Positions 26,737-36,350 of a DNA stretch of 64,000 nucleotides are shown one piece after another. Source of the DNA: Candidatus Nomurabacteria bacterium (GTDB taxonomy: Bacteria > Patescibacteriota > Minisyncoccia > Phycocordibacterales > UBA10002); assembly GCA_943354745.1 (NCBI GenBank), contig CALRDB010000001.1:203-64202 (forward strand), written 5' to 3'. Each line of letters starts with the position of its first letter. Within the stretch, counting starts at the first letter, position 1. Below the pieces are notes generated by a model, which was given only the letters and a program-made list of their open reading frames with translations, did not search any database and had not been told where the DNA came from. The translations under genes were made by a program, and so were the position numbers.

Positions 26737-27744
26737 ATGATTTTAACCCGAACACCATTTCGTCTGCCACTTGGCGGAGGCTCGACCGATTTACCCGCGT
26801 ACTTCGAAAAGCACGGGGGTTTTATTTTTGCCGTTGCCATTAATCTCTATATGTATATAGGAGTAAATCGTCCTCCAGTAGATGATTTAATTCGTCTAAA
26901 ATATCGGGATAGTGAAGAAGTCTTCAGCATCAATGATCTTAAGCATAGTATTGCCAAAGCAGCGCTTAAACGGACAGGCATTGACCGTATGGTTGAAATT
27001 TCCTCAAAGGCCGATGTTTCTGATGGTACCGGCATGGGCAGTTCGGCAAGTTATCTCATCGGACTTCTTAATGCTCTGCATACCATAAAAGGGGAGAACA
27101 TATCACGAAGACATCTTGCCGAGGAAGCCTATGAGATCGCTACTCACGATCTCGGTCTCCCAGATGGTAAACAAGATTTCTACCTTGCTTCTTTTGGAAA
27201 CTTTTGTGTACTCGACATTGCGCGAAACGGGTCAGTAACCGTCTCAAACGCGAACATTTCAAAGGCAGTCCAGACCGAATTTGAAAAACGTACCCTTCTC
27301 TTTTATACCGGAGTACGCCGATCGAGTACAGAACTTCTTAAGGATCAAGAAAAGAAACTCCGGAATAATAAAAAAGATGCTGTGGAGTTAAAGCATGAGA
27401 CAAAACGTATCGGCAAAACTATTTTAGACGTATTTGAATCAGGAAGACTCAATGAGTTCGGCCGTCTTCTTGATGAGCATTGGAAACTTAAGAGAAAAAT
27501 GTCTGCAAAGATGAGTACCGATAAGTTTGATGCACTCTATGAAAAAGCAAAAAAGGCGGGAGTGCTTGGGGGAAAGATTGTTGGCGCCGGAGGCGGAGGA
27601 TTTTTTATGGTATTTTGCAAAGACGGAAAACAAAACGCGGTCCGGAAAGTTTTTAAGAAGGAAGGAATGCGTGAGGTGTCATTTTCGGTAGATTCTGCAG
27701 GTACGCAGGTGTTGGTTAATAAACCTCGGTCACACACTCTGTAA
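26737..27744 (+). CDS. hddA: GHMP sugar kinase, D-glycero-alpha-D-manno-heptose-7-phosphate kinase-like
   Basis: RTPFRLPLGGGSTDLP, GTGMGSS, GKQD, GGKIVGAGGGGF. Confidence 0.82.
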   Translation: MILTRTPFRLPLGGGSTDLPAYFEKHGGFIFAVAINLYMYIGVNRPPVDDLIRLKYRDSEEVFSINDLKHSIAKAALKRTGIDRMVEISSKADVSDGTGMGSSASYLIGLLNALHTIKGENISRRHLAEEAYEIATHDLGLPDGKQDFYLASFGNFCVLDIARNGSVTVSNANISKAVQTEFEKRTLLFYTGVRRSSTELLKDQEKKLRNNKKDAVELKHETKRIGKTILDVFESGRLNEFGRLLDEHWKLKRKMSAKMSTDKFDALYEKAKKAGVLGGKIVGAGGGGFFMVFCKDGKQNAVRKVFKKEGMREVSFSVDSAGTQVLVNKPRSHTL

Positions 27745-27748
27745 TATA

Positions 27749-29080
27749 ATGTCTAAGAAACCACTTACCATTGGCGTGGTCGGACTCTGGCACCTCGGAA
27801 GCGTCTACGCTGCCGGTCTTGCCGAGCTTGGTCACCAGGTAGTTGGCTTCGATTCCGATGGTTCGGTTGTAAAGAAGTTTGCGAAAGGGATTCTTCCGGT
27901 TAGTGAAGAAGGTCTAAGTCAGTTAACATTGAAGAATATTAAGGCGGGAAGACTTGAGTTTACGAACAGTCTTCAAAAGCTTGCGTTATGTGATATTGTT
28001 TGGATTACAATTGACACTCCTTGCGATACGCATAACCTTCCCAATACATCTTCTATTTTGAAACTCCTCTCTTCTCTCGCACCGCTGCTAAGTAATGATG
28101 TTTCTATAATTGTTTCGAGTCAGGTCCCAGTAGGAAGCGGGGACATGCTTCGCCTCCGTATTCAAAAAGCAAATCCAACACTTCGTTTTTCGTATAGCTA
28201 TCAACCGGAGAATTTACAACTTGGGAAAGCGCGGCACAGTTTTTTTCACCCTGCGCGCATTGTGGTAGGAGTTGAAACGAAAGAAACGGAAGCACTTTTC
28301 GAAAGTATTTTTAGGAACGTTGATGCTCCAAAGCTCTATATGAGTGTTCCTTCTGCGGAGATGGTAAAGCACGCGGTAAATGCATTTCTCGCCACTTCAC
28401 TTAGTTTCATCTATGACATATCTGACATGTGCGAGGTTTTCGGCGCGGACGTGCTTCGTGTTTCCGAAGCATTGAAGAGTGATTTACGTATTGGGAAGTC
28501 CGCCTACCTTGATTCTAGTATTGGATTCTCCGGCGCGACGCTTGGTCGCGATCTCTCGGTACTTGTCGATAGGTCAAGAGAAAAGAACGTACTACTCCCG
28601 GTTATTGCTGGAGCCCGGCTTAAAAATGAAAAACGTTGGCAGATGGCACTACCCATTCTTAAAAAAGAGCTCGGAGATTTGTCTAAGGTAACTATCGGTT
28701 TTCTTGGGATTGCGTACAAGCCGGGGACGTCTACCGTGCGGGATTCGCTCTCGCTCAAACTTATGCGTACACTCTCACCTCTCGCTAAGGAAATATGTGC
28801 GCATGATCCTTTGGTTCCTAAAGAGGCGGTTCTTGCCGCGGGTCCCTATCGGTTCTGCTCCGACCCCTACAAGCTCGCACAAGGCTCATCGGCGCTTATC
28901 CTCATGACCGCCTGGCCAGAGTATAGTAAGCTTGATTTTAAGAGGATTAGGCAGAGCATGAAAGGCCCAAAGCTTTTCTTTGACGCCAAAAATGCGCTCT
29001 GGCAAGAAGAGGCTCGCATAACCGCAGCTGGCCTTCGCTACATCGGCATCGGCCGTGGACGTACTAAGGTAACATCATGA
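27749..29080 (+). CDS. Nucleotide-sugar dehydrogenase family protein lacking the canonical catalytic Cys
   Basis: GLWHLG, PENLQLG, SAEMVKH, GFSGATLGRD (family motif G.GGxC..KD), LGIAYKPGT. Confidence 0.85.
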   Translation: MSKKPLTIGVVGLWHLGSVYAAGLAELGHQVVGFDSDGSVVKKFAKGILPVSEEGLSQLTLKNIKAGRLEFTNSLQKLALCDIVWITIDTPCDTHNLPNTSSILKLLSSLAPLLSNDVSIIVSSQVPVGSGDMLRLRIQKANPTLRFSYSYQPENLQLGKARHSFFHPARIVVGVETKETEALFESIFRNVDAPKLYMSVPSAEMVKHAVNAFLATSLSFIYDISDMCEVFGADVLRVSEALKSDLRIGKSAYLDSSIGFSGATLGRDLSVLVDRSREKNVLLPVIAGARLKNEKRWQMALPILKKELGDLSKVTIGFLGIAYKPGTSTVRDSLSLKLMRTLSPLAKEICAHDPLVPKEAVLAAGPYRFCSDPYKLAQGSSALILMTAWPEYSKLDFKRIRQSMKGPKLFFDAKNALWQEEARITAAGLRYIGIGRGRTKVTS

Positions 29081-29928
29081 GACGTGCACCTATACATGTC
29101 GTCATAACGGGAGGGACCGGAGGAATAGGTAAAGCTATTGCCTCGCGTTTTTTGCGTGAGGGTGCGGAGGTGCTCGTGGTCGCGAGGAGTGCGGGAGAAC
29201 TTGAGGCGATACGGCAAGAATTTTCAACGTATGGCAGTGCGCTTACTACGGCAATGTGTGATGTATCAAAGGCAGAGGAGGTACGTTTGCTCGGAGAAAA
29301 GATACAGGAGCGCTTCGGAGAGAAGGTCGATGTGCTCATAAATGCGGCGGGAATTTACGGTCCGAAAGACCTCCTGGAAAATACCGATGAAGAAGCGTGG
29401 AAGGAAACCCTTTTGGTGAATCTCTACGGTACAATGCTTATGACGCGGCTGGTGTTGCCGTCAATGAAGAAACAAAAAACCGGCACTATTATTAATTTCT
29501 CCGGTGGCGGAGAGGGAGCGTTCCCACGTTTTAGTGCGTACGCAGCGTCAAAAGGTGGCATTATCCGTTTCACCGAAAGTGTTGCGGAAGAGGTGCGGGA
29601 CTTCGATATTTGTATTAACGCCATCGCTCCCGGAGCGGTAAATTCGGGTCTACTCGATGAGGCAATCGGGGCAGGTCCAGAGAAGGTTGGTGACGCAACC
29701 TATCTTAAATTACTTACACAGAAGAAAGAGGGAGGTGTATCTCCCGACCTCGCCGCAGAACTTTGTGTTTTTCTCGCGCGCGACACGTCAGGTGTTACTG
29801 GTCGGGTACTGAGTGCCGTGTGGGACAAACAGAGCAGTATTCTGAAACACTCCGCCGAAATTATGAACACAGACATCTATACCTATCGGCGAATTAAACC
29901 TCAAGACCGTGGTTATGACTGGAAATAA
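29077..29928 (+). CDS. Short-chain dehydrogenase/reductase
   Basis: TGGTGGIG, NAAG, YAASK, NAIAPG. Confidence 0.9.
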   Translation: MRRAPIHVVITGGTGGIGKAIASRFLREGAEVLVVARSAGELEAIRQEFSTYGSALTTAMCDVSKAEEVRLLGEKIQERFGEKVDVLINAAGIYGPKDLLENTDEEAWKETLLVNLYGTMLMTRLVLPSMKKQKTGTIINFSGGGEGAFPRFSAYAASKGGIIRFTESVAEEVRDFDICINAIAPGAVNSGLLDEAIGAGPEKVGDATYLKLLTQKKEGGVSPDLAAELCVFLARDTSGVTGRVLSAVWDKQSSILKHSAEIMNTDIYTYRRIKPQDRGYDWK

Positions 29929-30922
29929 AAAATATCGCATCGCTTTAATCGGGGCCGGGCGTATGGGCGCACGGTGGGCTAGTGTTATTGCTACGTCCAA
30001 AAGCGTAGCGCTCGCGCTTGTCGTTGACAAAGACGTCTCACTCGCGGAAAAAGTGGCGAAGATGTACGGAGTAACGTCGGAAGCGGACCACCAGTTGGCT
30101 CTCCGTGACGATGTAGATGCGGTAGTTATTGTCGTACCTCACAAATTCCTCTACCCACTTGCTAAAGAGGCGCTTCTTGCGGGTAAACATGTGTTCGTCG
30201 AAAAGCCGGGGAGTAAAACGGAGGAAGAGATGCGAGAGCTGGTGCGGATTGCAAAAGAGAAACAGTGTACACTTATGGTCGGGTTCAACTATCGCTTCTT
30301 TGATTCGATTCGGCAAGTCAAAGAGATTGTTCAGAGTGGGGAGATTGGAGAAATTCACGCTATTCGAATAGTACACGGACATCCCGGACGGGTCGGTTAT
30401 GAAAAAGAGTGGCGTATGCAAAAAGATCTGGCGGGAGGCGGCGTACTTATGGACCAAGGGCTCCACGTGATTGATTTGGCGCGATGGTTTTTGGAAGATG
30501 AAGTTGTGCAGGTTTCCGGTGTGACGAGTAACGAAGTATGGAAAGCCGAGGTTGAGGACACCGCTTCTCTGGTTCTCAAAACCAGGAAAGGCAATGTCGC
30601 TTCGCTTCAGGTCAGTATTTCGGAGTGGAAGCCGGTGTTCTCGTTTCAGATGAGTGGTGAGAAGGGATCTATTTCCATAGAAGGGCTTGGCAGAAAATAC
30701 GGAAACGGAGAGAGTTTTTCCGTCGGGAACTACGACAGGAAGACGGAGAAGCTACTTGAAAGACAGATAGTGTGTGACCCTGATGCGGATAAGGCTCTCG
30801 CGCGGGAGTTTGAGGCGTTTGTAGAGGCACTCTCTGCCGGCGCGTGCGAAAATCATAGTGCGAAAGATGCATTAGAGGTTTTAAAGATTATTAATGCGGT
30901 ATACCAACAAGCGCAACTATGA
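29915..30922 (+). CDS. Gfo/Idh/MocA family oxidoreductase
   Basis: IGAGRMG, HVFVEKP, VGFNYRF, GGGVLMDQGLH. Confidence 0.9.
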   Translation: MTGNKKYRIALIGAGRMGARWASVIATSKSVALALVVDKDVSLAEKVAKMYGVTSEADHQLALRDDVDAVVIVVPHKFLYPLAKEALLAGKHVFVEKPGSKTEEEMRELVRIAKEKQCTLMVGFNYRFFDSIRQVKEIVQSGEIGEIHAIRIVHGHPGRVGYEKEWRMQKDLAGGGVLMDQGLHVIDLARWFLEDEVVQVSGVTSNEVWKAEVEDTASLVLKTRKGNVASLQVSISEWKPVFSFQMSGEKGSISIEGLGRKYGNGESFSVGNYDRKTEKLLERQIVCDPDADKALAREFEAFVEALSAGACENHSAKDALEVLKIINAVYQQAQL

Positions 30923-31614
30923 AAGCCATCGTACTCGCAGCCGGAGAAGGAAAGCGGATGTTACCACTGACACTCACAGTGCCTAAGCCCATGCTTATGA
31001 TTGGCGGGCAGACTGTCCTTGATCATATCTTTGAAGGGTTTCCGGAAGAAATTACCGAGGCAATAATCGTGGTGCGGTATCTCGGAGAGAAGATACGGGA
31101 GTATTGCGGGGATATGTTCCATGGAAGACCAGTACGCTATGTGGAAGGGAGCGAGAAGGGAAACGCGTATAGTTTTCTTGCCGCTTCACCGTTTGTTGCG
31201 CCACAGGAGCGAGTGATGGCACTGTACGCCGATGAAATGCCGAGTCGAGAGAATATGGAGAAGTGTCTTTCTCACGAATACAGCTGGCTCGTAAAAGAAA
31301 CACTTCGTCCGAAGGCGGCAGGAGTCGTGGAGCTTCGTCCTGACGGAACCATAGAGCGTATTGTCGAGAAATCGGAGAACCCTCCTTCAAATATGGCGGC
31401 AATCGGACTTATGGTGCTCCCCGGCCCCATCTTCGCCATACAGCCCGAACAAAACCACAATGGCGAGTATTATTTTACCAGTATGGCGAACAAAATCTTT
31501 CCGAAAACGAACGTCTATGCCGTTCTGACATCCGGAGGATGCTCGCTCACCAAACCTGAGGACATACCGAAGGTGGAAGCGTTTCTTGCCACGCGAAAAA
31601 ACAATCATGTCTAG
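30919..31614 (+). CDS. Sugar-phosphate nucleotidyltransferase (HddC-like by context)
   Basis: LAAGEGKRMLPLTLTVPKPML, IVEK. Confidence 0.85.
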   Translation: MKAIVLAAGEGKRMLPLTLTVPKPMLMIGGQTVLDHIFEGFPEEITEAIIVVRYLGEKIREYCGDMFHGRPVRYVEGSEKGNAYSFLAASPFVAPQERVMALYADEMPSRENMEKCLSHEYSWLVKETLRPKAAGVVELRPDGTIERIVEKSENPPSNMAAIGLMVLPGPIFAIQPEQNHNGEYYFTSMANKIFPKTNVYAVLTSGGCSLTKPEDIPKVEAFLATRKNNHV

Positions 31615-32740
31615 TAAAAAAACACAATCCAAAAACGAATTGGTGCTGGTTACCGGAGGTGCCGGGTTTATCGGCGGACATCTCGTCGACGCGCTTTTGG
31701 AGCATGAATATCGGGTGCGAGTGCTCGACAACCTCGCTCCTCCGACGCATAACGGGAAGTTGCCGAAATGGTTCAACAAAGAAGCGGAGTTTCAGAAAGG
31801 AGATGTCCGGAGCAAAGAGGATTGGGAAAAAGCCCTTGATGGCGTTTCGTTTGTCTTCCATCTCGCGGCGTATATGGACTTCCATCCCGACTTCAGTACC
31901 TATATTGATACGAATGCAAAGAGTACGGCGCTTCTCTACGAGGTCATCGTTGAGAAAAAATATCCGGTTAAAAAAATTATCGTCGCATCGTCGCAGTCCG
32001 TGTATGGCGAAGGCGTCTACTCGTGCACCATGGACGGTATCGTGCATCCATTGCCCCGTAGTGAAGCACAGCTAAAAGCGGGGGAGTGGGAGATGAAATG
32101 CCCAATTGACGGTGCACCGCTTATGCCGGTCGCACAAAAAGAAACCGATCGACTCTCGCCGACTATTCCGTACGGCATTTCAAAAAAGACTTCTGAAGAG
32201 TTACTTTTCTCCCTCGGACGGCTCTACGGCATTCCTTCAGTCGCGCTCCGTTACACCATCGTACACGGCGCACGCCAGAGCTTCAGACATTTCTATTCGG
32301 GAGTGCTTCGTCAAATCGCGGTGATGGCACTCGCGGGACAACCCCTCGAACTGCACGAAGACGGGAAACAGGTACGCGACTATATAAACGTGCATGATGT
32401 GGTGGACGCGCACCTCCTTGTACTTGAGTCTCCAAAAGCCGACTTCGAAGCGTTTAACGTCGGCTCAGGACGCGCGACAAAGGTTCGTGAACTCGCAGAG
32501 ATAATCGCTACAGAAGCGGGAATTCCTGCTTTCATCAAAACGTCCGGACTCTACCGCCTTGGTGCGCCCCGGCATTCACCTTCCGATAATTCAAAACTTA
32601 AGGCGCTTGGCTGGAATCCGACGCGGACCATCGCGGACGGCGTCCGCGAGTATATTGCGTGGATTCGTCAGTTCCCTGAAGCGAAACAGTTTTTGGCAGA
32701 CACGCTGCGTACGATGAAGGAAAAGAGACTTTTACGCTAA
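31607..32740 (+). CDS. NAD-dependent epimerase/dehydratase
   Basis: VTGGAGFIG, ASSQSVYGEG, YGISK, RDYINVHD, FNVGSG. Confidence 0.88.
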   Translation: MSSKKTQSKNELVLVTGGAGFIGGHLVDALLEHEYRVRVLDNLAPPTHNGKLPKWFNKEAEFQKGDVRSKEDWEKALDGVSFVFHLAAYMDFHPDFSTYIDTNAKSTALLYEVIVEKKYPVKKIIVASSQSVYGEGVYSCTMDGIVHPLPRSEAQLKAGEWEMKCPIDGAPLMPVAQKETDRLSPTIPYGISKKTSEELLFSLGRLYGIPSVALRYTIVHGARQSFRHFYSGVLRQIAVMALAGQPLELHEDGKQVRDYINVHDVVDAHLLVLESPKADFEAFNVGSGRATKVRELAEIIATEAGIPAFIKTSGLYRLGAPRHSPSDNSKLKALGWNPTRTIADGVREYIAWIRQFPEAKQFLADTLRTMKEKRLLR

Positions 32741-32749
32741 TTTTTTACT

Positions 32750-33286
32750 ATGTCAGAAAGAAAACGAGCCGTATTTTTTGACCGTGACGGAGTGATTCTC
32801 ATGGCCATCGTGATGGACGGAAGACCTCGTCCGGCGCGTAGCATTGCCGAATACAAGGCGCTCTCCGGCATTATGCCCGGTGCGAAAGAAGCGGTGGAAA
32901 AAGTGAAAGCCGCCGGTTTTCTTGCATTTCTCATTTCCAACCAGCCGGATATTGCTTACGGTGTTATTTCAAAAGCGGAATGGCAATGGATTCAGGACCA
33001 GACCAAAGACATTCCGTTTGACGATATTTTTATCTGTTTTCATCGGAGGGACGATAACTGTGACTGCATGAAGCCGAAACCGGGGAAACTGCTGGAAGCC
33101 GCGGAAAAATGGAATGTAGATCTTGCCCGTTCGTTTCTGGTGGGGGATACCAAGGACGACGTCGCAGCAGCAAAGAATGCTGGGTGCAAGAGCGTCCTTC
33201 TTGACGCTCCGTACAACAGGGAAATAGAGAGTGACATGAAGATTCAATCACTGATCGAACTTTTAGGTACCCTGCGGGAGTTTTAG
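32750..33286 (+). CDS. gmhB: HAD-IIIA phosphatase, heptose-1,7-bisphosphate phosphatase-like
   Basis: FFDRDGV, SNQPD, CFH...CDCMKPKPG, VGD. Confidence 0.85.
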   Translation: MSERKRAVFFDRDGVILMAIVMDGRPRPARSIAEYKALSGIMPGAKEAVEKVKAAGFLAFLISNQPDIAYGVISKAEWQWIQDQTKDIPFDDIFICFHRRDDNCDCMKPKPGKLLEAAEKWNVDLARSFLVGDTKDDVAAAKNAGCKSVLLDAPYNREIESDMKIQSLIELLGTLREF

Positions 33287-33337
33287 TTGGAGCAACAGTA
33301 TCTATCGAGGCCATCTAGGCTAAGACATCTCTTTCCA

Positions 33338-33366
33338 TTGTTAATTTGTGAGGGTGAGTATACAAT
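33338..33366 (+). promoter_or_regulatory. Sigma70-type promoter candidate
   Basis: TTGTTA-17-TACAAT upstream of the transaldolase. Confidence 0.4.
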
Positions 33367-33395
33367 TTCTTAGGTCCATGCGGAGTTATAGAGTC

Positions 33396-34112
33396 ATGAT
33401 AACGGTTACGAAGTTAAAGGTGAAGATTTTTGCTGATGGGGCGGAAAAGGCCTCCATGTTAGACATGTCTGCAAAACCCTTTATTAAGGGATTTACGACA
33501 AATCCAACACTGATGAGAAAGGGGGGTGTGAATAATTATGCTGAATTCGCAAAAGAAATTCTCGCTTCCATTAAAGATCGGCCAATTTCTTTTGAAGTCT
33601 TTTCAGATGATTTTACTGAGATGGAACGGCAAGCAAGGGTAATCGCCTCGTGGGGGAAAAATGTGTATGTGAAGATTCCCATTACGAATACAAAAGGTGT
33701 GTCATCCCTTCCGCTCGTTATGAGACTTACTGCGAGTGGAATTAAAGTGAATGTCACGGCAATTCTTACTTTGGCGCAGGTTCAAGCAACCGTCAAAGTT
33801 CTTTCGCCACACGTTGCATCTGTCGTCTCAGTCTTTGCTGGACGCATTGCGGATACCGGAGTTGATCCTGTTCCACTTATGAAGAAGTCGAAGACACTTC
33901 TTTTGAAAAATAAAAAGGCGGAACTTCTCTGGGCAAGTACACGAGAGGTCTTTAATATTATGCAGGCAGAAAACGTTGGATGTCACATTGTGACCGTTTC
34001 GAATGATATCTTGAAAAAACTCGATAAATGGGGGTACGACTTGGAAAGACTTTCGCTCGATACAGTGAGAATGTTTTATGAAGATGGAAAACAAGCAGGA
34101 TACAGTTTGTAA
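33396..34112 (+). CDS. tal: Transaldolase family protein
   Basis: IFADGA, GFTTNPTL, VYVKIP (Schiff-base Lys), SVFAGRIAD. Confidence 0.87.
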   Translation: MITVTKLKVKIFADGAEKASMLDMSAKPFIKGFTTNPTLMRKGGVNNYAEFAKEILASIKDRPISFEVFSDDFTEMERQARVIASWGKNVYVKIPITNTKGVSSLPLVMRLTASGIKVNVTAILTLAQVQATVKVLSPHVASVVSVFAGRIADTGVDPVPLMKKSKTLLLKNKKAELLWASTREVFNIMQAENVGCHIVTVSNDILKKLDKWGYDLERLSLDTVRMFYEDGKQAGYSL

Positions 34113-34132
34113 CGTTAGCCTAGTTATTTTAA

Positions 34133-34684
34133 TAAGCCCAATTCAAATCCCCCGACTCTGTCGGGGGATGTAGGGGCGTCCAGACGACACCTCGTCATGC
34201 TAGACTGTCCCAATGCGGTTTCGGAAAAGTAGCCACGCAGTATATAAAACGGAGTATCACGTCGTCTGGACTCCTCGATATCGGAGAAAGATATTCGTAC
34301 CCGGTGTACGCACCTATGTTGAAAAACTCATCGGACATCTCGATGGGCTCGACCCCGATATCGAGGTAGTAAAGGTGAACGCGCCCCTCGACCACGTGCA
34401 TATGGTCATTGTCATCCCGCCGAGAGCTTCAGTTGCCGAGGTCATGCAGTTCATCAAATCTCAAACTGGGAAACTACTTAAGGCGAGATTTCCTTTTCTC
34501 CACAAAACGTTCTATGCTAAGGAAGGCATCTGGTTGCGAGGTTACTGTGTGTCCACCGTAGGACTTAATGAAAAGGAAATCCTCGCTTACGTCAGCTACC
34601 AAGACCGCGAAGACAGGGGGCAACTGAAGCTCGACCTCAAGTAGCGGGTCGGGGAAGCCACCAGCTCTGCTGGTGGAGATTCAC
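34133..34684 (+). mobile_element. IS200/IS605-family element (tnpA only, no tnpB)
   Basis: Subterminal hairpins at 34147-34169 and 34658-34676, both with a TCT loop; right end TTCAC at 34680-34684; left boundary inferred after TTAA at 34129-34132. Confidence 0.8.
34213..34644 (+). CDS. tnpA: IS200/IS605 Y1 (HUH) transposase
   Basis: YHVVWTPRYRR, DHVH (HUH motif), WLRGYCVSTVG, YVSYQ catalytic Tyr. Confidence 0.95.
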   Translation: MRFRKSSHAVYKTEYHVVWTPRYRRKIFVPGVRTYVEKLIGHLDGLDPDIEVVKVNAPLDHVHMVIVIPPRASVAEVMQFIKSQTGKLLKARFPFLHKTFYAKEGIWLRGYCVSTVGLNEKEILAYVSYQDREDRGQLKLDLK

Positions 34685-34788
34685 TTGATCTAAAGAATGC
34701 TGAAATACTCAATCTCAATTAGGAATTTAAAAGTTAGGATTCCCTTAAAATAATTAGTGCACTTAGGAATTAGTATAATTTTTTCACT

Positions 34789-35400
34789 ATGTATTTACCA
34801 TATATAGAACAATATCTCGCTGAGACAAAGAGAATCGTCGATGGACTTGATCACGCCTCTATTGAACGAATGATTGAGATCCTAAAATCAGTACGTGATG
34901 TTCGTGGAAGATTGTTTATTCTCGGTGTTGGTGGTGGAGCAGGACATGCAAGCCACGCTGTAAATGATTTTCGCAAAATTGCCGGTATCGAGGCGTATAC
35001 ACCTATGGACAATATTTCGGAGTTTTCAGCCCGGGTAAACGATGATGGGTGGGAGAGTGTCATGTCTAACTGGCTAAAGGGAAGTTTCCTTTCCGCTAAG
35101 GACGCAATACTTGTTTTCTCAGTTGGTGGTGGAAATGCAGAGAAAAAAATAAGTCTTAATATTGTCGAAGGCGTACGATACGCAAAGGAAGTCGGCGCAA
35201 AAATACTTGGTATTGTTGGACGGGACGGTGGGTATACCAAGCAAGTTGCAGACGCCTGTGTAGTTGTACCGACAGTGAACACCGAAACCGTGACGCCGCA
35301 CACTGAAAGCTTTCAGGCTGTGGTATGGCACCTTATTGTTAGTCATCCCCTCTTTTTGAAACAAAAAGGGAAGTGGGAATCTATCGAACAGACAACATAA
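34789..35400 (+). CDS. gmhA: SIS-domain phosphoheptose isomerase-like protein
   Basis: GVGGGAGHASH, ARVNDDGW, FSVGGG, GRDGG, HTESFQ. Confidence 0.78.
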   Translation: MYLPYIEQYLAETKRIVDGLDHASIERMIEILKSVRDVRGRLFILGVGGGAGHASHAVNDFRKIAGIEAYTPMDNISEFSARVNDDGWESVMSNWLKGSFLSAKDAILVFSVGGGNAEKKISLNIVEGVRYAKEVGAKILGIVGRDGGYTKQVADACVVVPTVNTETVTPHTESFQAVVWHLIVSHPLFLKQKGKWESIEQTT

Positions 35401-35403
35401 AGA

Positions 35404-36294
35404 CTACGACTTTTTCTCCCCTATGTAGTAAATTATAGCGGACACCTCAATGGAGCGCGGAAAGAGATAAAAAATAAGATCAAGGAATCGAAGGGGTGAT
35501 AGAACGGCCATAAAGAAATACGTAGCGACGTTGTACATCGCTTCGGAAATTATTGAGAAAGGTAGCGCAAAAAAGTACATAAGTAATGTAACCAACGCTG
35601 AAGCTGGACCACCCAAGGCTCCTATTTTTTTCGGGGTAAAGTCGTAAAACTGTTGTTTCAATCCCTCGTGGGTGAGTCGTGTGTAATCGTTCGGTGATGC
35701 ATGGAACGGGACAAGAAAGGGGATACTTATATACACAAAGCCACCAGGTCTCACGACGCGTCGCATTTCCTTTATCACCTTCTCAAAGTTAGGCGTGTGT
35801 TCAATGGTGGATTCGGAAATGATCATATCCACAGAATTGTCTTTAAAGGGGAGTGTTGCTGCGTCCGCCACGATGTCTACATTTTTAAAGGGGAAAATAT
35901 CAAGATTAATAACGTCCGGATGGACTCGTGTAATTCCAGAACCTATATTAATAAGTATCTTTTCCTCTGACCGATCACCGAAAACCTTTCTAATTGTCTT
36001 GTTCGGTTTTTGTCCCAAATAAGAAATATTACCTATCGCGTACGTGAGGAATACAAAAAGTGAAGGCCATTTCTTAATGAACGCTTTTAAAAGATTTATG
36101 AATGTACCCGCTTCTTTAGTATATCGCTGGATAGTGCCGTCATCTGAAGAGGTGAAATGTAGTGCAGAATTCTTGATTGGGTAGAGGGCGCGACACGTGG
36201 GACAGTGCATCCCATTTTCGGCGGATAACATGTTCTTACTTGCACATTGTGGGCAAGAAAGTATCTCGGTAAATGTCTTCGCGTGTATGTTCAT
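35404..36294 (-). CDS. SAM-dependent methyltransferase with N-terminal Trm112-like Zn finger
   Basis: CPQC...CPTC, INIGSG, ADAATLPF, IEH, PGG, FHASPNDYTR. Confidence 0.87.
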   Translation of the reverse strand: MNIHAKTFTEILSCPQCASKNMLSAENGMHCPTCRALYPIKNSALHFTSSDDGTIQRYTKEAGTFINLLKAFIKKWPSLFVFLTYAIGNISYLGQKPNKTIRKVFGDRSEEKILINIGSGITRVHPDVINLDIFPFKNVDIVADAATLPFKDNSVDMIISESTIEHTPNFEKVIKEMRRVVRPGGFVYISIPFLVPFHASPNDYTRLTHEGLKQQFYDFTPKKIGALGGPASALVTLLMYFFALPFSIISEAMYNVATYFFMAVLSPLRFLDLIFYLFPRSIEVSAIIYYIGEKKS

Positions 36295-36314
36295 ATTCCT
36301 TCAAAATAAGTAAC

Positions 36315-36343
36315 TTTACAAGTATACGGCATCAGCCTACAAT
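36315..36343 (+). promoter_or_regulatory. Promoter for a probable leaderless transcript
   Basis: TTTACA-17-TACAAT ending 7 nt before the GTG at 36351. Confidence 0.5.
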
Positions 36344-36350
36344 GTAAAAT

